Notes under the pieces: model-generated | Told to the model about the DNA's origin: nothing | What the model saw: only the letters and a program-made list of their open reading frames with translations | The model's database searches: none | Program-made: the position numbers and the translations under genes | Shown here: one piece after another, positions 36,363-45,787 of the stretch | Layout of the letters: every line of letters begins with the position of its first letter | Numbering within the stretch: the first letter of the stretch is position 1 | Assembly: GCA_910583945.1 (NCBI GenBank) | Contig: CAJTYF010000005.1 | Span: 1,402-65,401 of the forward strand | Source of the DNA: an uncultured Bacilli bacterium | GTDB lineage: Bacteria; Bacillota_I; Bacilli_A; RF39; UBA660 | Direction: 5' to 3' | DNA: 64,000 bases

Positions 36363-36803
36363 ATGTTTAATCAAATTGGAGAAGATTTAAAAGAAGCTTT
36401 AAAAAATCAAGAAAAGTTAGTTTTATCGGTTCTTAGAATGGTAAAGAGTGCTTTACAGTTAGAAAAAATTAATAAGAAGGATGATTTAACCGATGAGGAA
36501 GTTCTTGCTGTAATAAAAAAACAAATTAAAATGCGTCGTGATTCTATTGTAGAATTTGAAAAATTTGATAAAAAAGAAGAAATTGAAACTTTAAATCAAG
36601 AAATTGAAATATTAAATCGTTATTTGCCAGAAGCATTAAGTGAAGAAGAGATTGATAAAGCTATTGATGACGTTTTTGATACGCTTAAGCCATCAGGAAT
36701 TAAAGATATGGGAGCAATTATGAAAGCTTTACAGTCTATTGCTTCTCAAGTGGACATGAGTGAGGTTTCAAAAAAAGTAAGAAAGAGACTTTCAAACATC
36801 TAA
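36363..36803 (+). CDS. yqeY: GatB/YqeY-domain protein
   Basis: 'DLKEALKNQEK..LSVLRMVKSALQ', 'LTDEEVLAVIKKQIKMRRDSI' and 'EIEILNRYLPEALSEEEI'. Follows rpsU, as in Bacillus. Confidence 0.85.
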   Translation: MFNQIGEDLKEALKNQEKLVLSVLRMVKSALQLEKINKKDDLTDEEVLAVIKKQIKMRRDSIVEFEKFDKKEEIETLNQEIEILNRYLPEALSEEEIDKAIDDVFDTLKPSGIKDMGAIMKALQSIASQVDMSEVSKKVRKRLSNI

Positions 36804-36819
36804 TTTTAGATGTTTTTTC
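36796..36819 (+). terminator. rho-independent terminator after yqeY
   Basis: acatcta-attt-tagatgt followed by a T-run; overlaps the stop codon. Confidence 0.6.
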
Positions 36820-36853
36820 TTTTTTAAAAACATATAGTTATATAGGTGATTCT

Positions 36854-37096
36854 ATGCATCTTTATAAAACAATGAAAAATTTTTTAATTGATAATGATTA
36901 TTATGTCGATTTTTATAAAAATTGTATACATGTTTTTGGTTATATTGATATTGTGAAATTAACGAGTGAAGAAATTGTCTTACAAATGCCTTCGTTTTCT
37001 TTAAATTTAACTGGAAATCATTTTGTGGTGAAAGCTTTAGAGAAACGAGAAATTTTGATTGAAGGAGACGTTTTGAATGTGGGGTTTGTTCGATGA
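36854..37096 (+). CDS. yqfC: sporulation protein YqfC (YabP family)
   Basis: 80 aa. 'IHVFGYIDIVKLTSEEIVLQ......LTGNHFVVKALEKREILIEGDVLNVGF' fits the YabP/YqfC pattern. Synteny with yqfD. Confidence 0.7.
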   Translation: MHLYKTMKNFLIDNDYYVDFYKNCIHVFGYIDIVKLTSEEIVLQMPSFSLNLTGNHFVVKALEKREILIEGDVLNVGFVR

Positions 37097-38232
37097 AACA
37101 TTATATTTATATTCGAGCAAAAGTCATTCATAAAAATAAAATTTTAATGAAGTTTTATAAAAATAGAATCAATGTTTATGATGTTCAAGAAAGAGATTCT
37201 TATTTGTATCTAAAAATTGATATTAACGATTTTAAAAAAGTAAAGAAAACGATTGTTACTTCGAAGTTTTATTATATTGATGACAGTGGTCTGTTTCATT
37301 TAAAACGTGTTTTAACGCCTTTAAAAGTTCTTAGTGTGCTCTTCTTTTTAATTCTGGTTAATTTTTTTAGTCAAGTGATTGTTAGTGTCACTGTGATTCA
37401 TGAAAATAAAGAAATTCGAAATTTAGTGACTAAAGAATTAGAAGAAAAAGGGATTAAAAGTTTTAGCTTAAGAAAAAATTATGAGGCCTTGAATGCCATC
37501 AAAAAAGAAGTTTTAAATCAATATAAAGATCAATTGGAATGGTTGGAAATTGAAAATGTTGGGATGAAATATATTGTTCGAGTAGAAGAAAGAATTATTA
37601 ATCAGCCTAAAGACCCCAAAGGATTTTGTCATATTGTGGCTTCAAAAAGCGGGATTGTGGATCAAGTTAAAGTGAGTCATGGTGAAGCATTGGTTCAAAA
37701 AGGAAAATATGTTGAAGCGGGCGAGGTATTAATCAGTGGGGAGATTAAATTCAATGAAGAAGTGAAAAATAATGTGTGTGCGGAAGGGGAAATTTTAGCG
37801 GAAGTTTGGTATCAAACGAATGTTAGTTTACCCGTTCAGTATCAAGAAAAAGAAAAGACAGGTAAAAAAAGGTATAATTTAGGGATAGGCATGAAAAGTG
37901 GAAATTATAAAATATTTAAACCTCGGCTTCAAAATTATGTCACAGAAGAAAAAGAATGGTTTCGTTTTTTTGATTTTGCTCTTATTAAAATGACCGAATA
38001 TGAAGTTTTAAATCATGAGCGACGTTTAACACTTGAGGAAGGGGTTTCCATTGCTTTAGAGAAAGCGGATTTGAATGTACAAATGAAATTAAAAGAGAAT
38101 GAAAAAATTATGACAAGAAAAGTTTTGAAAAAAAGTATAAATAATAGTACAATAGATGTAGAAATATTTTATTCCGTTTTAGAAAATATTGGAAAAGGGG
38201 AGGAATATTTCGTAACAGAAGAAGAGGGATAG
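37093..38232 (+). CDS. yqfD: sporulation protein YqfD-like
   Basis: 379 aa with one central TM helix. ATGA-coupled to yqfC. Size, topology and synteny match Bacillus yqfD. No strong motif can be quoted. Confidence 0.65.
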   Translation: MKHYIYIRAKVIHKNKILMKFYKNRINVYDVQERDSYLYLKIDINDFKKVKKTIVTSKFYYIDDSGLFHLKRVLTPLKVLSVLFFLILVNFFSQVIVSVTVIHENKEIRNLVTKELEEKGIKSFSLRKNYEALNAIKKEVLNQYKDQLEWLEIENVGMKYIVRVEERIINQPKDPKGFCHIVASKSGIVDQVKVSHGEALVQKGKYVEAGEVLISGEIKFNEEVKNNVCAEGEILAEVWYQTNVSLPVQYQEKEKTGKKRYNLGIGMKSGNYKIFKPRLQNYVTEEKEWFRFFDFALIKMTEYEVLNHERRLTLEEGVSIALEKADLNVQMKLKENEKIMTRKVLKKSINNSTIDVEIFYSVLENIGKGEEYFVTEEEG

Positions 38233-38234
38233 TC

Positions 38235-38861
38235 ATGATTGTAGATACTCTAAGTGATGCCATAAAAAGTGTCTGGCCGATGATGGTCATCTTTTTGGTG
38301 GTGATTGTTGCCATACGTGTTTCTTATATACGTATTAATCATGAGAGATTTGTGTTTTATAAAGAGTTTTGGAATTTAATTTTTGTCGTTTATGCATTAC
38401 TTCTTTTCCAACTTTTAACCAGTACAGAAATGAATACCGCTAGTGGTCTTAATTTGGTGCCATTTACTGAAATTTTTCGCTATAAGATTGGTAGTAAATT
38501 GTTTATGTTTAATGTTGTCGGGAATATTTTAATTTTTGTTCCTTTTGGCTACTTTGTTTCAAGCTATGTGAAGGCTAGTAAGATTTCTCATATTCTTTTT
38601 ATTAGTTGTATAACAAGTTTGACGGTAGAACTCGTGCAGCTTCAAATTGGAAGATCTTTAGATATCGATGATGTTTTTTTAAATGTTATTGGTAGTGTGC
38701 TAGGTTTTATGCTCTTTATTGGTTTAAGTGCTATTAAAAAACATTTGCCTCGTTTTTTACAAAGTGACCTTTTTTATAATGTGATTTGTGTGGTTTTATT
38801 TCTTTTATCTCTTCTTTATTTTGCTAAGGTGATAGGTTTAGGGTGGTTTAATTGGCTATAG
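38235..38861 (+). CDS. VanZ-family membrane protein (second copy in the window)
   Basis: 'NLVPFTEIF', 'NILIFVPFGYF' and 'ELVQLQIGRSLDIDDVFLNVIGSVLGF'. Confidence 0.75.
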   Translation: MIVDTLSDAIKSVWPMMVIFLVVIVAIRVSYIRINHERFVFYKEFWNLIFVVYALLLFQLLTSTEMNTASGLNLVPFTEIFRYKIGSKLFMFNVVGNILIFVPFGYFVSSYVKASKISHILFISCITSLTVELVQLQIGRSLDIDDVFLNVIGSVLGFMLFIGLSAIKKHLPRFLQSDLFYNVICVVLFLLSLLYFAKVIGLGWFNWL

Positions 38862-39295
38862 AAATTGAAAATATTTATGGTTACGATCAAGACTATGATT
38901 ATTTAAATCAGGTTATTGATTTGACGCTAGAGGTGGAAAAAATAGAAAATGCTGTCTTTTCGGTTATTTTTGTCGATGAAGCTAAAATTCAAAAAATCAA
39001 CCGAGAATATCGTGGAGTGGATCGCGTAACGGATGTTATTTCTTTTGCTTTTGAAGACTCTATAGATGTTTCTTATGATTTTCGTTTTTTAGGGGATATT
39101 TATATTTGTATTCCTCGAATGAAAGAACAAGCTTTAGAATATGGTCATTCAGAGAAAAGAGAGTTATCGTTTTTGGTGGTGCATGGTCTTTTACATTTAC
39201 TTGGGTATGATCATCAAACTGAAGAAGAAGAAAAAGAAATGTTTTCAAAACAGGAGGTAATTTTAAATGCAGCAAATATCAAGAGAGAAGCTTAA
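38852..39295 (+). CDS. ybeY: rRNA maturation endoribonuclease YbeY
   Basis: 'VTDVISF', 'LGDIYIC' and 'HGLLHLLGYDH' zinc site. TTG start. Confidence 0.9.
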   Translation: MAIEIENIYGYDQDYDYLNQVIDLTLEVEKIENAVFSVIFVDEAKIQKINREYRGVDRVTDVISFAFEDSIDVSYDFRFLGDIYICIPRMKEQALEYGHSEKRELSFLVVHGLLHLLGYDHQTEEEEKEMFSKQEVILNAANIKREA

Positions 39296-39668
39296 AGAAA
39301 AAGGAATTAAAAGAATTTTTAGAAGCATAAAATGTTCTTTAGATGGTCTTTATTATGCTTATCGTTATGAACAAAGTTTGTGGCTTCATGGTCTTTTATC
39401 CTTTTTATCCATTCTTTTAGGTCTTTTTTTTAGAATTAAATTAAGTGAATGGGCTATTTTATTTATTGCTTTAGGCTCTATTTTAAGTTTAGAACTCTTA
39501 AATACCGCTATCGAAGCCAATGTGGATTTAGTTACTTTAGAATATCATCGTTTGGCTAAAATAGCAAAGGATTGTGGAAGTGCCGCAAGTTTTGTGATGT
39601 CTATTGTAGCTTTTATTATTTTTTTAATGGTTTTTGAACCTTATTTTGTGAAATTTTTAGGAATTTAG
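39267..39668 (+). CDS. dgkA: diacylglycerol/undecaprenol kinase DgkA family
   Basis: Three TM helices. 'EQSLWLHG' and 'ELLNTAIEANVDLV' are DgkA blocks. Confidence 0.85.
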   Translation: MQQISREKLKEKGIKRIFRSIKCSLDGLYYAYRYEQSLWLHGLLSFLSILLGLFFRIKLSEWAILFIALGSILSLELLNTAIEANVDLVTLEYHRLAKIAKDCGSAASFVMSIVAFIIFLMVFEPYFVKFLGI

Positions 39669-39679
39669 AGAGGTGTTTT

Positions 39680-40564
39680 ATGCGAAGTGGATTTGTTAGT
39701 TTAATTGGAAGACCGAATGTTGGAAAGTCAACGCTTTTAAACGCGTTAATTAATGAACATGTGGCGATTATATCGGATAAAGCGGGAACGACCAGAAATA
39801 TTATTCAAGGTATTTATAATGAAGAGGGCGTTCAAATTGTTTTTGTCGATACTCCAGGCATTCATAAACCTAAAAGTAAATTGGGTAAAATTTTAAATAA
39901 ACAAAGCTATGCTCTGATGCAAGAAGTCGACGCGGTTTTGTTTATCGTGGATGCCTCTTCTCCGTTTGGTCCCACTGACCAAAGTATTTTAAATGCCCTT
40001 AAAAACACAACCTCTCCCGTTCTTTTAATTTTAAATAAAATTGATAAAATTGAAGATAAAATGCTCATCAAAGTGATTGATAATTATAAAGATTTATTTC
40101 CTTTTGCGGATATTGTTCCAGTGAGTGGGCTTAAAAAAGATAATTTAAACGTTTTAGTTAAAGTGATTAAAAAATATTTAAGGGATGATGTAAAATATTT
40201 TGATGAAGAGTTGTATACGAGCAATAGTGTTTCCTTTATGATTAGTGAATTTGTAAGAGAAAAGATTCTAAATTCTACAATAGAAGAAGTTCCGCATAGT
40301 ATTACCTGTGTTACAACAAAATATGAAGAACAGGAAACTCTTGTCAAGGTGATGGTGGATATTATTGTTGATCGCGATTCAATTAAAAAAATTGTGATTG
40401 GTAAAAAAGGAGAACGGCTTAAAATGGTTGGGACCGAAGCACGTAAAGATATTGAAAAATTGTTAGGGAAAAAGGTTTATTTGGAGCTTTATGTTAAAAC
40501 GATTAAAAAATGGAGAGAGAAAGAAAAAATGCTTCAAGAACTTGGTTTTAATGAATTTGAATAA
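39680..40564 (+). CDS. era: GTPase Era
   Basis: G1 'GRPNVGKSTLLN', G3 'DTPG', G4 'NKID', and a C-terminal KH domain 'VIGKKGERLK'. Confidence 0.95.
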   Translation: MRSGFVSLIGRPNVGKSTLLNALINEHVAIISDKAGTTRNIIQGIYNEEGVQIVFVDTPGIHKPKSKLGKILNKQSYALMQEVDAVLFIVDASSPFGPTDQSILNALKNTTSPVLLILNKIDKIEDKMLIKVIDNYKDLFPFADIVPVSGLKKDNLNVLVKVIKKYLRDDVKYFDEELYTSNSVSFMISEFVREKILNSTIEEVPHSITCVTTKYEEQETLVKVMVDIIVDRDSIKKIVIGKKGERLKMVGTEARKDIEKLLGKKVYLELYVKTIKKWREKEKMLQELGFNEFE

Positions 40565-40618
40565 AAAGTTTAAAATTTGCTCATTATATTCTTAGAAAGA
40601 AGAAATGAGGCAAAGATT

Positions 40619-40723
40619 ATGAATAAAAAAGAGTTATGGACGGTTTTTAAAAAGACAGGAAAGGTTGAAGATTATTTAGCTTATGTGAAAGTGAAGCGTG
40701 AAGATAGTGATCAAGAAAGTTGA
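40619..40723 (+). CDS. yqzL: YqzL-like small protein (not in the supplied ORF track)
   Basis: 34-aa ORF 'MNKKELWTVFKKTGKVEDYLAYVKVKREDSDQES'. The W..F..TG..E.YL pattern and the era-recO position match Bacillus yqzL. RBS 'gagg' 8 nt upstream. Confidence 0.6.
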   Translation: MNKKELWTVFKKTGKVEDYLAYVKVKREDSDQES

Positions 40724-41444
40724 AGGAATAATTATTAACGAGACGCCTTATGGCGAAACGTCAAAAGTGATGCAAATTTTTACGAAAGAATTAGGAATCA
40801 TAAGTGTGATGGGAAAAGGAGTCAAATCTATTAAGAGTCGTTTACGTCCTCTTACCATGAAATTTACTTATGGTTTTTTTTATCTTTATTATAAAGAGGA
40901 TAAATTATCCATTCTTAAAGAAGTGGATGTGATTGATTCTTTTAAAAAGATTAAAAGCGATATTCTTACTATTAGTTATTTGAGTTATTTAAGCGAATTA
41001 AGTACACAAGTGTATAAACATTTTATGAATGAATCCGTTTACGATTTACTTATTCAAGTTTTAAATAAAATGGAACAAGGAATGAACCCTTTAATTTTAA
41101 CCAATATTTTAGAAATCAAATATTTGGATTTTTTAGGGGTGCAACTTTATTTAGAAGGGTGTGTTCTATGTGGAAGTAAAAATAATATTGTGACTATTGA
41201 TGCGGACAGTGGTGGTTATGTTTGTAAGAAGTGTTATCGAAATCAAATAGTCGTCAGTCAAAAAACAATTAAACTCATTCGTATGTATTATTATGTTGAT
41301 GTCTTTTCAATTAGTAAAATTAGTATTAGTGAGGAAGTGGCTAGAGAGATTAATTTTTTTCTTAATCGTTATTATGAAAAATATACAGGGCTTTATTTAC
41401 AGAGTAAACAGTTTTTAAATCAAATGCTTAAAATTCAAAATTAG
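40698..41444 (+). CDS. recO: DNA repair protein RecO
   Basis: 'EGIIINETPYGETSKVMQIFTKELGIISVMGKGVKS' OB-fold N-terminus and zinc finger 'CVLCGS...YVCKKC'. GTG start at 40698 or 40707. Confidence 0.9.
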   Translation: MKIVIKKVEGIIINETPYGETSKVMQIFTKELGIISVMGKGVKSIKSRLRPLTMKFTYGFFYLYYKEDKLSILKEVDVIDSFKKIKSDILTISYLSYLSELSTQVYKHFMNESVYDLLIQVLNKMEQGMNPLILTNILEIKYLDFLGVQLYLEGCVLCGSKNNIVTIDADSGGYVCKKCYRNQIVVSQKTIKLIRMYYYVDVFSISKISISEEVAREINFFLNRYYEKYTGLYLQSKQFLNQMLKIQN

Positions 41445-41506
41445 TTAGTTCTTGTATCTAAAGGGATATTAATATATAATAGAAGTAAGAATAAACGAGG
41501 TGGCTT

Positions 41507-42328
41507 ATGAAGAAAAAAGATGGTTTTATTGCAATTTCTTTAATTTATTCTTTCTTTTTAGTTTTTTTGGCACTTTTATTTTCAATTGCTATGGATTATT
41601 CAGAAAATAGAATTTTGTTAAATGATGTTAAAAAAGAGACACAGGAATATTTAGATACACTAGGTGAATTTAATCCTATTTTTATTGAGAATCGCAATTA
41701 CACTGTGGGTGAAGAGGTCTCATATGCTTATGAAACTTGGCAAGTACTTGAAGATAATCGTGAACGAGGTGAGGTAAAACTTATTTTGAATCGGATTTTT
41801 ACTCGGGCTGAAATTGAAAGAGCTTTTTTACAAATCAAAGAACAGACACCTAATAAAGAAATACCGATGATAGCTTTAAATTCTCTTACTGGAATGATTC
41901 AAATGTGTTTGAATTTTAATGCTTCATTAACTTCTGCGAATACTTCTTATTGTGGCTATGGAAGCCTTACTAATTATCGTTATTATAATTATGGAAATAG
42001 TGTGGTAAGACATGTTTTGAATTCTTGGTATAATGATAATTCTACTTTAAAAAAAGCTGAAAGAGTGGGCTATTTAAATTTATTAAGTTTTGGAGATGGA
42101 TTAAAAGATTATTCTGGAGCAAATAATCTTTATGAATTGTTTATTCGTCTGCCTTTAGTAAGCGAAGCGGGTGTTATACAATCTTTAACGGGAGAGAAAA
42201 ATATTTGGTATGTTGAAGGGGAACATTTAAATAGTTTAAGTTATATAAAAACAGCAAATGGACGTGATTTGGCTACAAATCAAAAGGGCATACGTCCTGT
42301 TATTGTCGTAAAGAAAAATTTAAGTTAG
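41507..42328 (+). CDS. membrane-anchored hypothetical protein; possible non-diversified relative of the DGR target scaffold
   Basis: N-terminal TM helix. Internal 'TWQVLED' and a C-terminal 'KGIRPVIVVKK', compared with 'TWLVADID' and 'YGVRPRFLIG' in the target 27266-28396. There is no nucleotide match to the TRs. Confidence 0.5.
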   Translation: MKKKDGFIAISLIYSFFLVFLALLFSIAMDYSENRILLNDVKKETQEYLDTLGEFNPIFIENRNYTVGEEVSYAYETWQVLEDNRERGEVKLILNRIFTRAEIERAFLQIKEQTPNKEIPMIALNSLTGMIQMCLNFNASLTSANTSYCGYGSLTNYRYYNYGNSVVRHVLNSWYNDNSTLKKAERVGYLNLLSFGDGLKDYSGANNLYELFIRLPLVSEAGVIQSLTGEKNIWYVEGEHLNSLSYIKTANGRDLATNQKGIRPVIVVKKNLS

Positions 42329-43125
42329 CTGACTTTGTTTAAAAGATAAATGCTTAAATAACTTAATGTTAAAGCTAGACTGTATTTTAAAAGAGGAAGG
42401 GTTTTAAAAATTGGAGACGGAATTAAAACGATAATGCTTCCAATGACCATTCCTAAGATAAGATTCATGAAAGCGTTCGGAGCTTTTTTTAAGAAGTGAT
42501 GAGAAACTTTACTTCCAAAATAGAAGCCTAGAAGGTCTCCAATAAAATAGAAGAGTAAAGGAATAATAAAATAGAAGGTTTGAAGGGTTAAATGGGCAAG
42601 GAATGATTTGTATAAGTAGTAAGGCCCTAATATCATCATAATGAGAGATCCTGAAATACCCGGGATAATGGTAAAGAAGCCATCAATTGCTCCACTAAAC
42701 ATAAAAAGAATTAAAAAAATGAGATTTAGTTTTGGAAATTCTGTCATGACTTTTGAGGACTCGACAGGAATAAAATTTAAGGCAAAAATAATGATTAAGC
42801 CAAGAAGAAAATAATTTTTTTGAAGTTTAATTTTGTTTTCTTTTATTAAATAGGGAACTTGAAATAAAACGAGACCACTAAAGAAAATAAGGGTTTCATT
42901 TGGAATGAAATAAAATAATAATTCAATGATTCTAGAAAATGTAATGGCCCCTAGAAAGATTCCTATAATGACCGAAAAGAGGATTATTTTATTTTTTTTT
43001 GTTCGAAAGTTTGAAATGACCTCTGTTAAAAATTCAAATTTTTTCATTAAAACTAAAATAGTTCCACCACTAATTCCTGGGATAAGACTTACAACACCAA
43101 TTAAAAAACCTGTAAAGAAATTCAT
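42325..43125 (-). CDS. DUF368-family membrane protein (family implicated in undecaprenyl-phosphate translocation)
   Basis: Duplicated 'IPGISGG'/'IPGISGS' motifs ('SLIPGISGGTILVLM', 'TIIPGISGSLIMMILG') and about 8 TM helices. ATG at 43125 (the track starts at a TTG at 43137). Confidence 0.85.
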   Translation of the reverse strand: MNFFTGFLIGVVSLIPGISGGTILVLMKKFEFLTEVISNFRTKKNKIILFSVIIGIFLGAITFSRIIELLFYFIPNETLIFFSGLVLFQVPYLIKENKIKLQKNYFLLGLIIIFALNFIPVESSKVMTEFPKLNLIFLILFMFSGAIDGFFTIIPGISGSLIMMILGPYYLYKSFLAHLTLQTFYFIIPLLFYFIGDLLGFYFGSKVSHHFLKKAPNAFMNLILGMVIGSIIVLIPSPIFKTLPLLKYSLALTLSYLSIYLLNKVS

Positions 43126-43206
43126 ATTTTTCACCAATTTATTTTATGTGTAATTGTGCATTTTTAGAAGTTATGTTATTATAATTATAAGGAGGAGGTC
43201 GTTGTT

Positions 43207-43761
43207 ATGCCAATATGGTTATGGATTGTTCTTGGAATCTTGATTGTTGTTATTCTTTTTGTTGTTACAAGTTATAACCGTTTAGTAGTTTTAAGAAATC
43301 GAGTAAAGGATCAATGGGCCCAAATTGATGTTCAATTAAAAAGAAGGTTTGATTTGATTCCTAATCTGGTTGAAACGGTTAAAGGCTATGCGAAACATGA
43401 GAGTGAAACACTAGAAAATGTTATTAAAGCTAGAAATACATTTTTAAGTGCTACTACCCCTGATACGGAGATGGAAGCGGATGGAGAATTAATGAAAGCC
43501 ATTACAAAGTTATTTGCTTTAACTGAAAGTTATCCTGAATTAAAAGCCAATACCAATTTTATAGAGTTGCAAACAGAGCTTAGACAAACAGAAGAAAAAA
43601 TTGCTAGTAGTCGTCAATTTTATAATGATACAGTTTTAACTTATAATAATAAAATTGAAGTGATTCCTACTAATATTGTTGCATCTTTATTTAACTTTAA
43701 AAGAGAAGCTTTTTTTGAGGCTCAAGAAAAAGAGAGAGAAAATGTACAAGTTAAATTTTAA
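43207..43761 (+). CDS. lemA: LemA-family protein
   Basis: 'YNRLVVLRNRVKDQWAQIDVQLKRRFDLIPNLVETVKGYAKHE', plus an N-terminal TM helix. Confidence 0.9.
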   Translation: MPIWLWIVLGILIVVILFVVTSYNRLVVLRNRVKDQWAQIDVQLKRRFDLIPNLVETVKGYAKHESETLENVIKARNTFLSATTPDTEMEADGELMKAITKLFALTESYPELKANTNFIELQTELRQTEEKIASSRQFYNDTVLTYNNKIEVIPTNIVASLFNFKREAFFEAQEKERENVQVKF

Positions 43762-43797
43762 GCTTCGGCTTAAATTTTTCTTTTTAAGGAGTGGGTT

Positions 43798-45687
43798 ATG
43801 AAAAAAATATGGGTACTCATTATTTGTTTGGTTTTGTGTGTTCCTTGTCTTTGTAGAGCTAGCAAGGTGGATTATGAAATTGAACATTTTTATGTGGAGG
43901 CAACGGTTTTAAATGATGGTGATCTTTTAGTTAAAGAGCTTATTGTTTTAGATGGAACGTTTAATGGTTACACTCGGGATTTAGTTTATAGAAATGATCG
44001 CTTAGATGGAGATGATTTTGCTAATAATGTTTTATATAATGCTCGGGATATTGAAGAAATTGAAGTGGCGGCTAAAAAGGTTTCAACGGTTACTTTTGAT
44101 ACCCTTCATGATACAGATTTTGATGTTTTAAAAAACAATTCTAGTATAAATTATCGTTATGAAAAAAGTTTTTTAGATAATAAAAATGGGTACAGTTATA
44201 AAATGTATTATGGTTCGAATAGAGAAAAAGTTGCTTTTCGTTTGACTTATAAAGTAAAAGATGCTTTAGTTATGCATGAAGATGTTTCTGAACTTTATTG
44301 GACGTTTATAGGAGATGGCTTTTTAGATTCTATTCACGATTTGAAAATAGAAGTTTCTTTACCTTTTGAAGATTCTAGTGATTTATTTAGAGTGTGGGCC
44401 CATGGTGATGTGGCTGGAGAAATCAAAAAAGAAGGGAATCAAAAGATAGTTGCTTCGATTGATTCTTTAGATAAAAGAAGTGCAGTAGATTTAAGAACCA
44501 CATTTAGTTCCTCTTTATTAAATTCTTCTCTTGTTACTAAGAAAAGTCACCAAAAGGCGTTAGATAAAATTATTGAAGTGGAAACAAAAAGAGCGGAGGA
44601 AGCGAATCGTTATCGGTCAAAAATTAAGTTTATTTTTAATTTTATTAAATTTTCGAGTATATTTTATATTATTCTTTTAATTATTATTTGGATAATCGTT
44701 TATCTTAAATACGATAAGGAATATGAGAGTCTTTTTAATCTTCAGTACAATCGGGAATTTATTGATGATTATAATGTAGAAGTGGTGGATTATTTAATGA
44801 ATAAATCCATTACCCCTAATGCTCTTAGTGCTTCTATTTTAAATTTGGTTTATAAAAAGGTTATTAAGTTTGAAGCGATGGAAAGTCAAAAGAAGAAAAA
44901 GGATTATGTTTTTACTTTAATTGGAGAAACAACCCATTTAAACGAAACAGAAAAATATTTGGTTGATTTTTTGTTTAATAAAGTAGGCAATCAAACGACT
45001 TTTACCACGATTGAATTACAAGCCTATGCTAAGGGAGAAAAAACAATGGATTTGTTTTGTTCGAGTTATACAGCATGGAAAAATAAGGTTATAGCGGATG
45101 GCAAACGTGAACATTTTTTTGAAGATGCTATTGCTCCTAAAGTTATTGGTGCTGTATTTTTGATGTTGAGTATTTTAATTCTTGTTTTTGCGTTTACAAA
45201 TGTAGTGATTTCTGTTTATCCCTTTATTAGTCTGTTTTTTGGTTTTATCTTTTTTATTTATACGCTTGTTTTTACTAAAAAAACTAAAAAAGGAATTGAA
45301 CATTATCGAAAATGGAAAGCTTTTAAAAAGTTTTTAGAAGATTTTGGTACGTTTAATACGAAGGAATTGCCAGAATTTATATTATGGGAGCGTTATATGG
45401 TTTATGCAACTGTGTTTGGCATTGCAGAGAAAGTTTCTAAAGTTATGGATGTTAAAATGCAAGAATTGAATCCTAATGCTACTTTAGATGGTTATTCTAT
45501 TTCATATTATGACTTTTACATGTTTCGTTCTATTAATGATATGGTTCATTCTACAATGAATGCAAATACTTCAGCTATTACCGCAGCACGTGTTCAATCT
45601 TCAAATTCCTCTGGATCTGGCTTTGGTGGAGGTTTCTCTTCTGGAGGAGGATTTGGAGGAGGCGGTGGCGGTGGTCATGGCTTTTAA
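43798..45687 (+). CDS. DUF2207-family membrane protein with a glycine-rich C-terminal tail
   Basis: Signal peptide, large extracytoplasmic domain, 3 TM helices and the tail 'SGSGFGGGFSSGGGFGGGGGGGHGF'. The usual partner of LemA. Confidence 0.8.
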   Translation: MKKIWVLIICLVLCVPCLCRASKVDYEIEHFYVEATVLNDGDLLVKELIVLDGTFNGYTRDLVYRNDRLDGDDFANNVLYNARDIEEIEVAAKKVSTVTFDTLHDTDFDVLKNNSSINYRYEKSFLDNKNGYSYKMYYGSNREKVAFRLTYKVKDALVMHEDVSELYWTFIGDGFLDSIHDLKIEVSLPFEDSSDLFRVWAHGDVAGEIKKEGNQKIVASIDSLDKRSAVDLRTTFSSSLLNSSLVTKKSHQKALDKIIEVETKRAEEANRYRSKIKFIFNFIKFSSIFYIILLIIIWIIVYLKYDKEYESLFNLQYNREFIDDYNVEVVDYLMNKSITPNALSASILNLVYKKVIKFEAMESQKKKKDYVFTLIGETTHLNETEKYLVDFLFNKVGNQTTFTTIELQAYAKGEKTMDLFCSSYTAWKNKVIADGKREHFFEDAIAPKVIGAVFLMLSILILVFAFTNVVISVYPFISLFFGFIFFIYTLVFTKKTKKGIEHYRKWKAFKKFLEDFGTFNTKELPEFILWERYMVYATVFGIAEKVSKVMDVKMQELNPNATLDGYSISYYDFYMFRSINDMVHSTMNANTSAITAARVQSSNSSGSGFGGGFSSGGGFGGGGGGGHGF

Positions 45688-45710
45688 TTCATTAAAAATA
45701 GATTGTATTT

Positions 45711-45734
45711 AGAAAAGTGAACTTTTCTTTTTTT
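45711..45734 (+). terminator. rho-independent terminator after the DUF2207 gene
   Basis: agaaaag-tgaa-cttttct followed by T7. Confidence 0.6.
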
Positions 45735-45740
45735 ATGAAA

Positions 45741-45768
45741 TTAGCACTCATATATTGACAAGTGCTAA
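45741..45768 (+). promoter_or_regulatory. CIRCE-like HrcA operator overlapping the -35 box
   Basis: TTAGCACTC-N10-AAGTGCTAA. One arm mismatch, and a spacer of 10 nt rather than the canonical 9. Confidence 0.6.
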
Positions 45769-45783
45769 GCATACTATTATAAT
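45755..45783 (+). promoter_or_regulatory. consensus sigma-A promoter of the hrcA operon
   Basis: TTGACA (45755-45760), a 17-nt spacer, TATAAT (45778-45783). Confidence 0.75.
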
Positions 45784-45787
45784 GGTA

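Noticed and set aside
41507-41600. N-terminus 'MKKKDGFIAISLIYSFF' considered as a type IV prepilin/pseudopilin signal
   Set aside because: It lacks the conserved Glu at +5 after the Gly-Phe cleavage site, and no pilus or competence genes are adjacent. It is treated as a plain signal-anchor.
6100-43887. Other short overlapping ORFs in the track (6100-6333, 6990-7175, 18786-18998, 21856-22080, 28519-28863, 28583-28771, 38108-38314, 39060-39275, 40084-40347, 42926-43153, 43687-43887)
   Set aside because: Each overlaps a longer ORF that has recognisable family motifs or better coding context. AT-rich genomes generate many such antisense ORFs.
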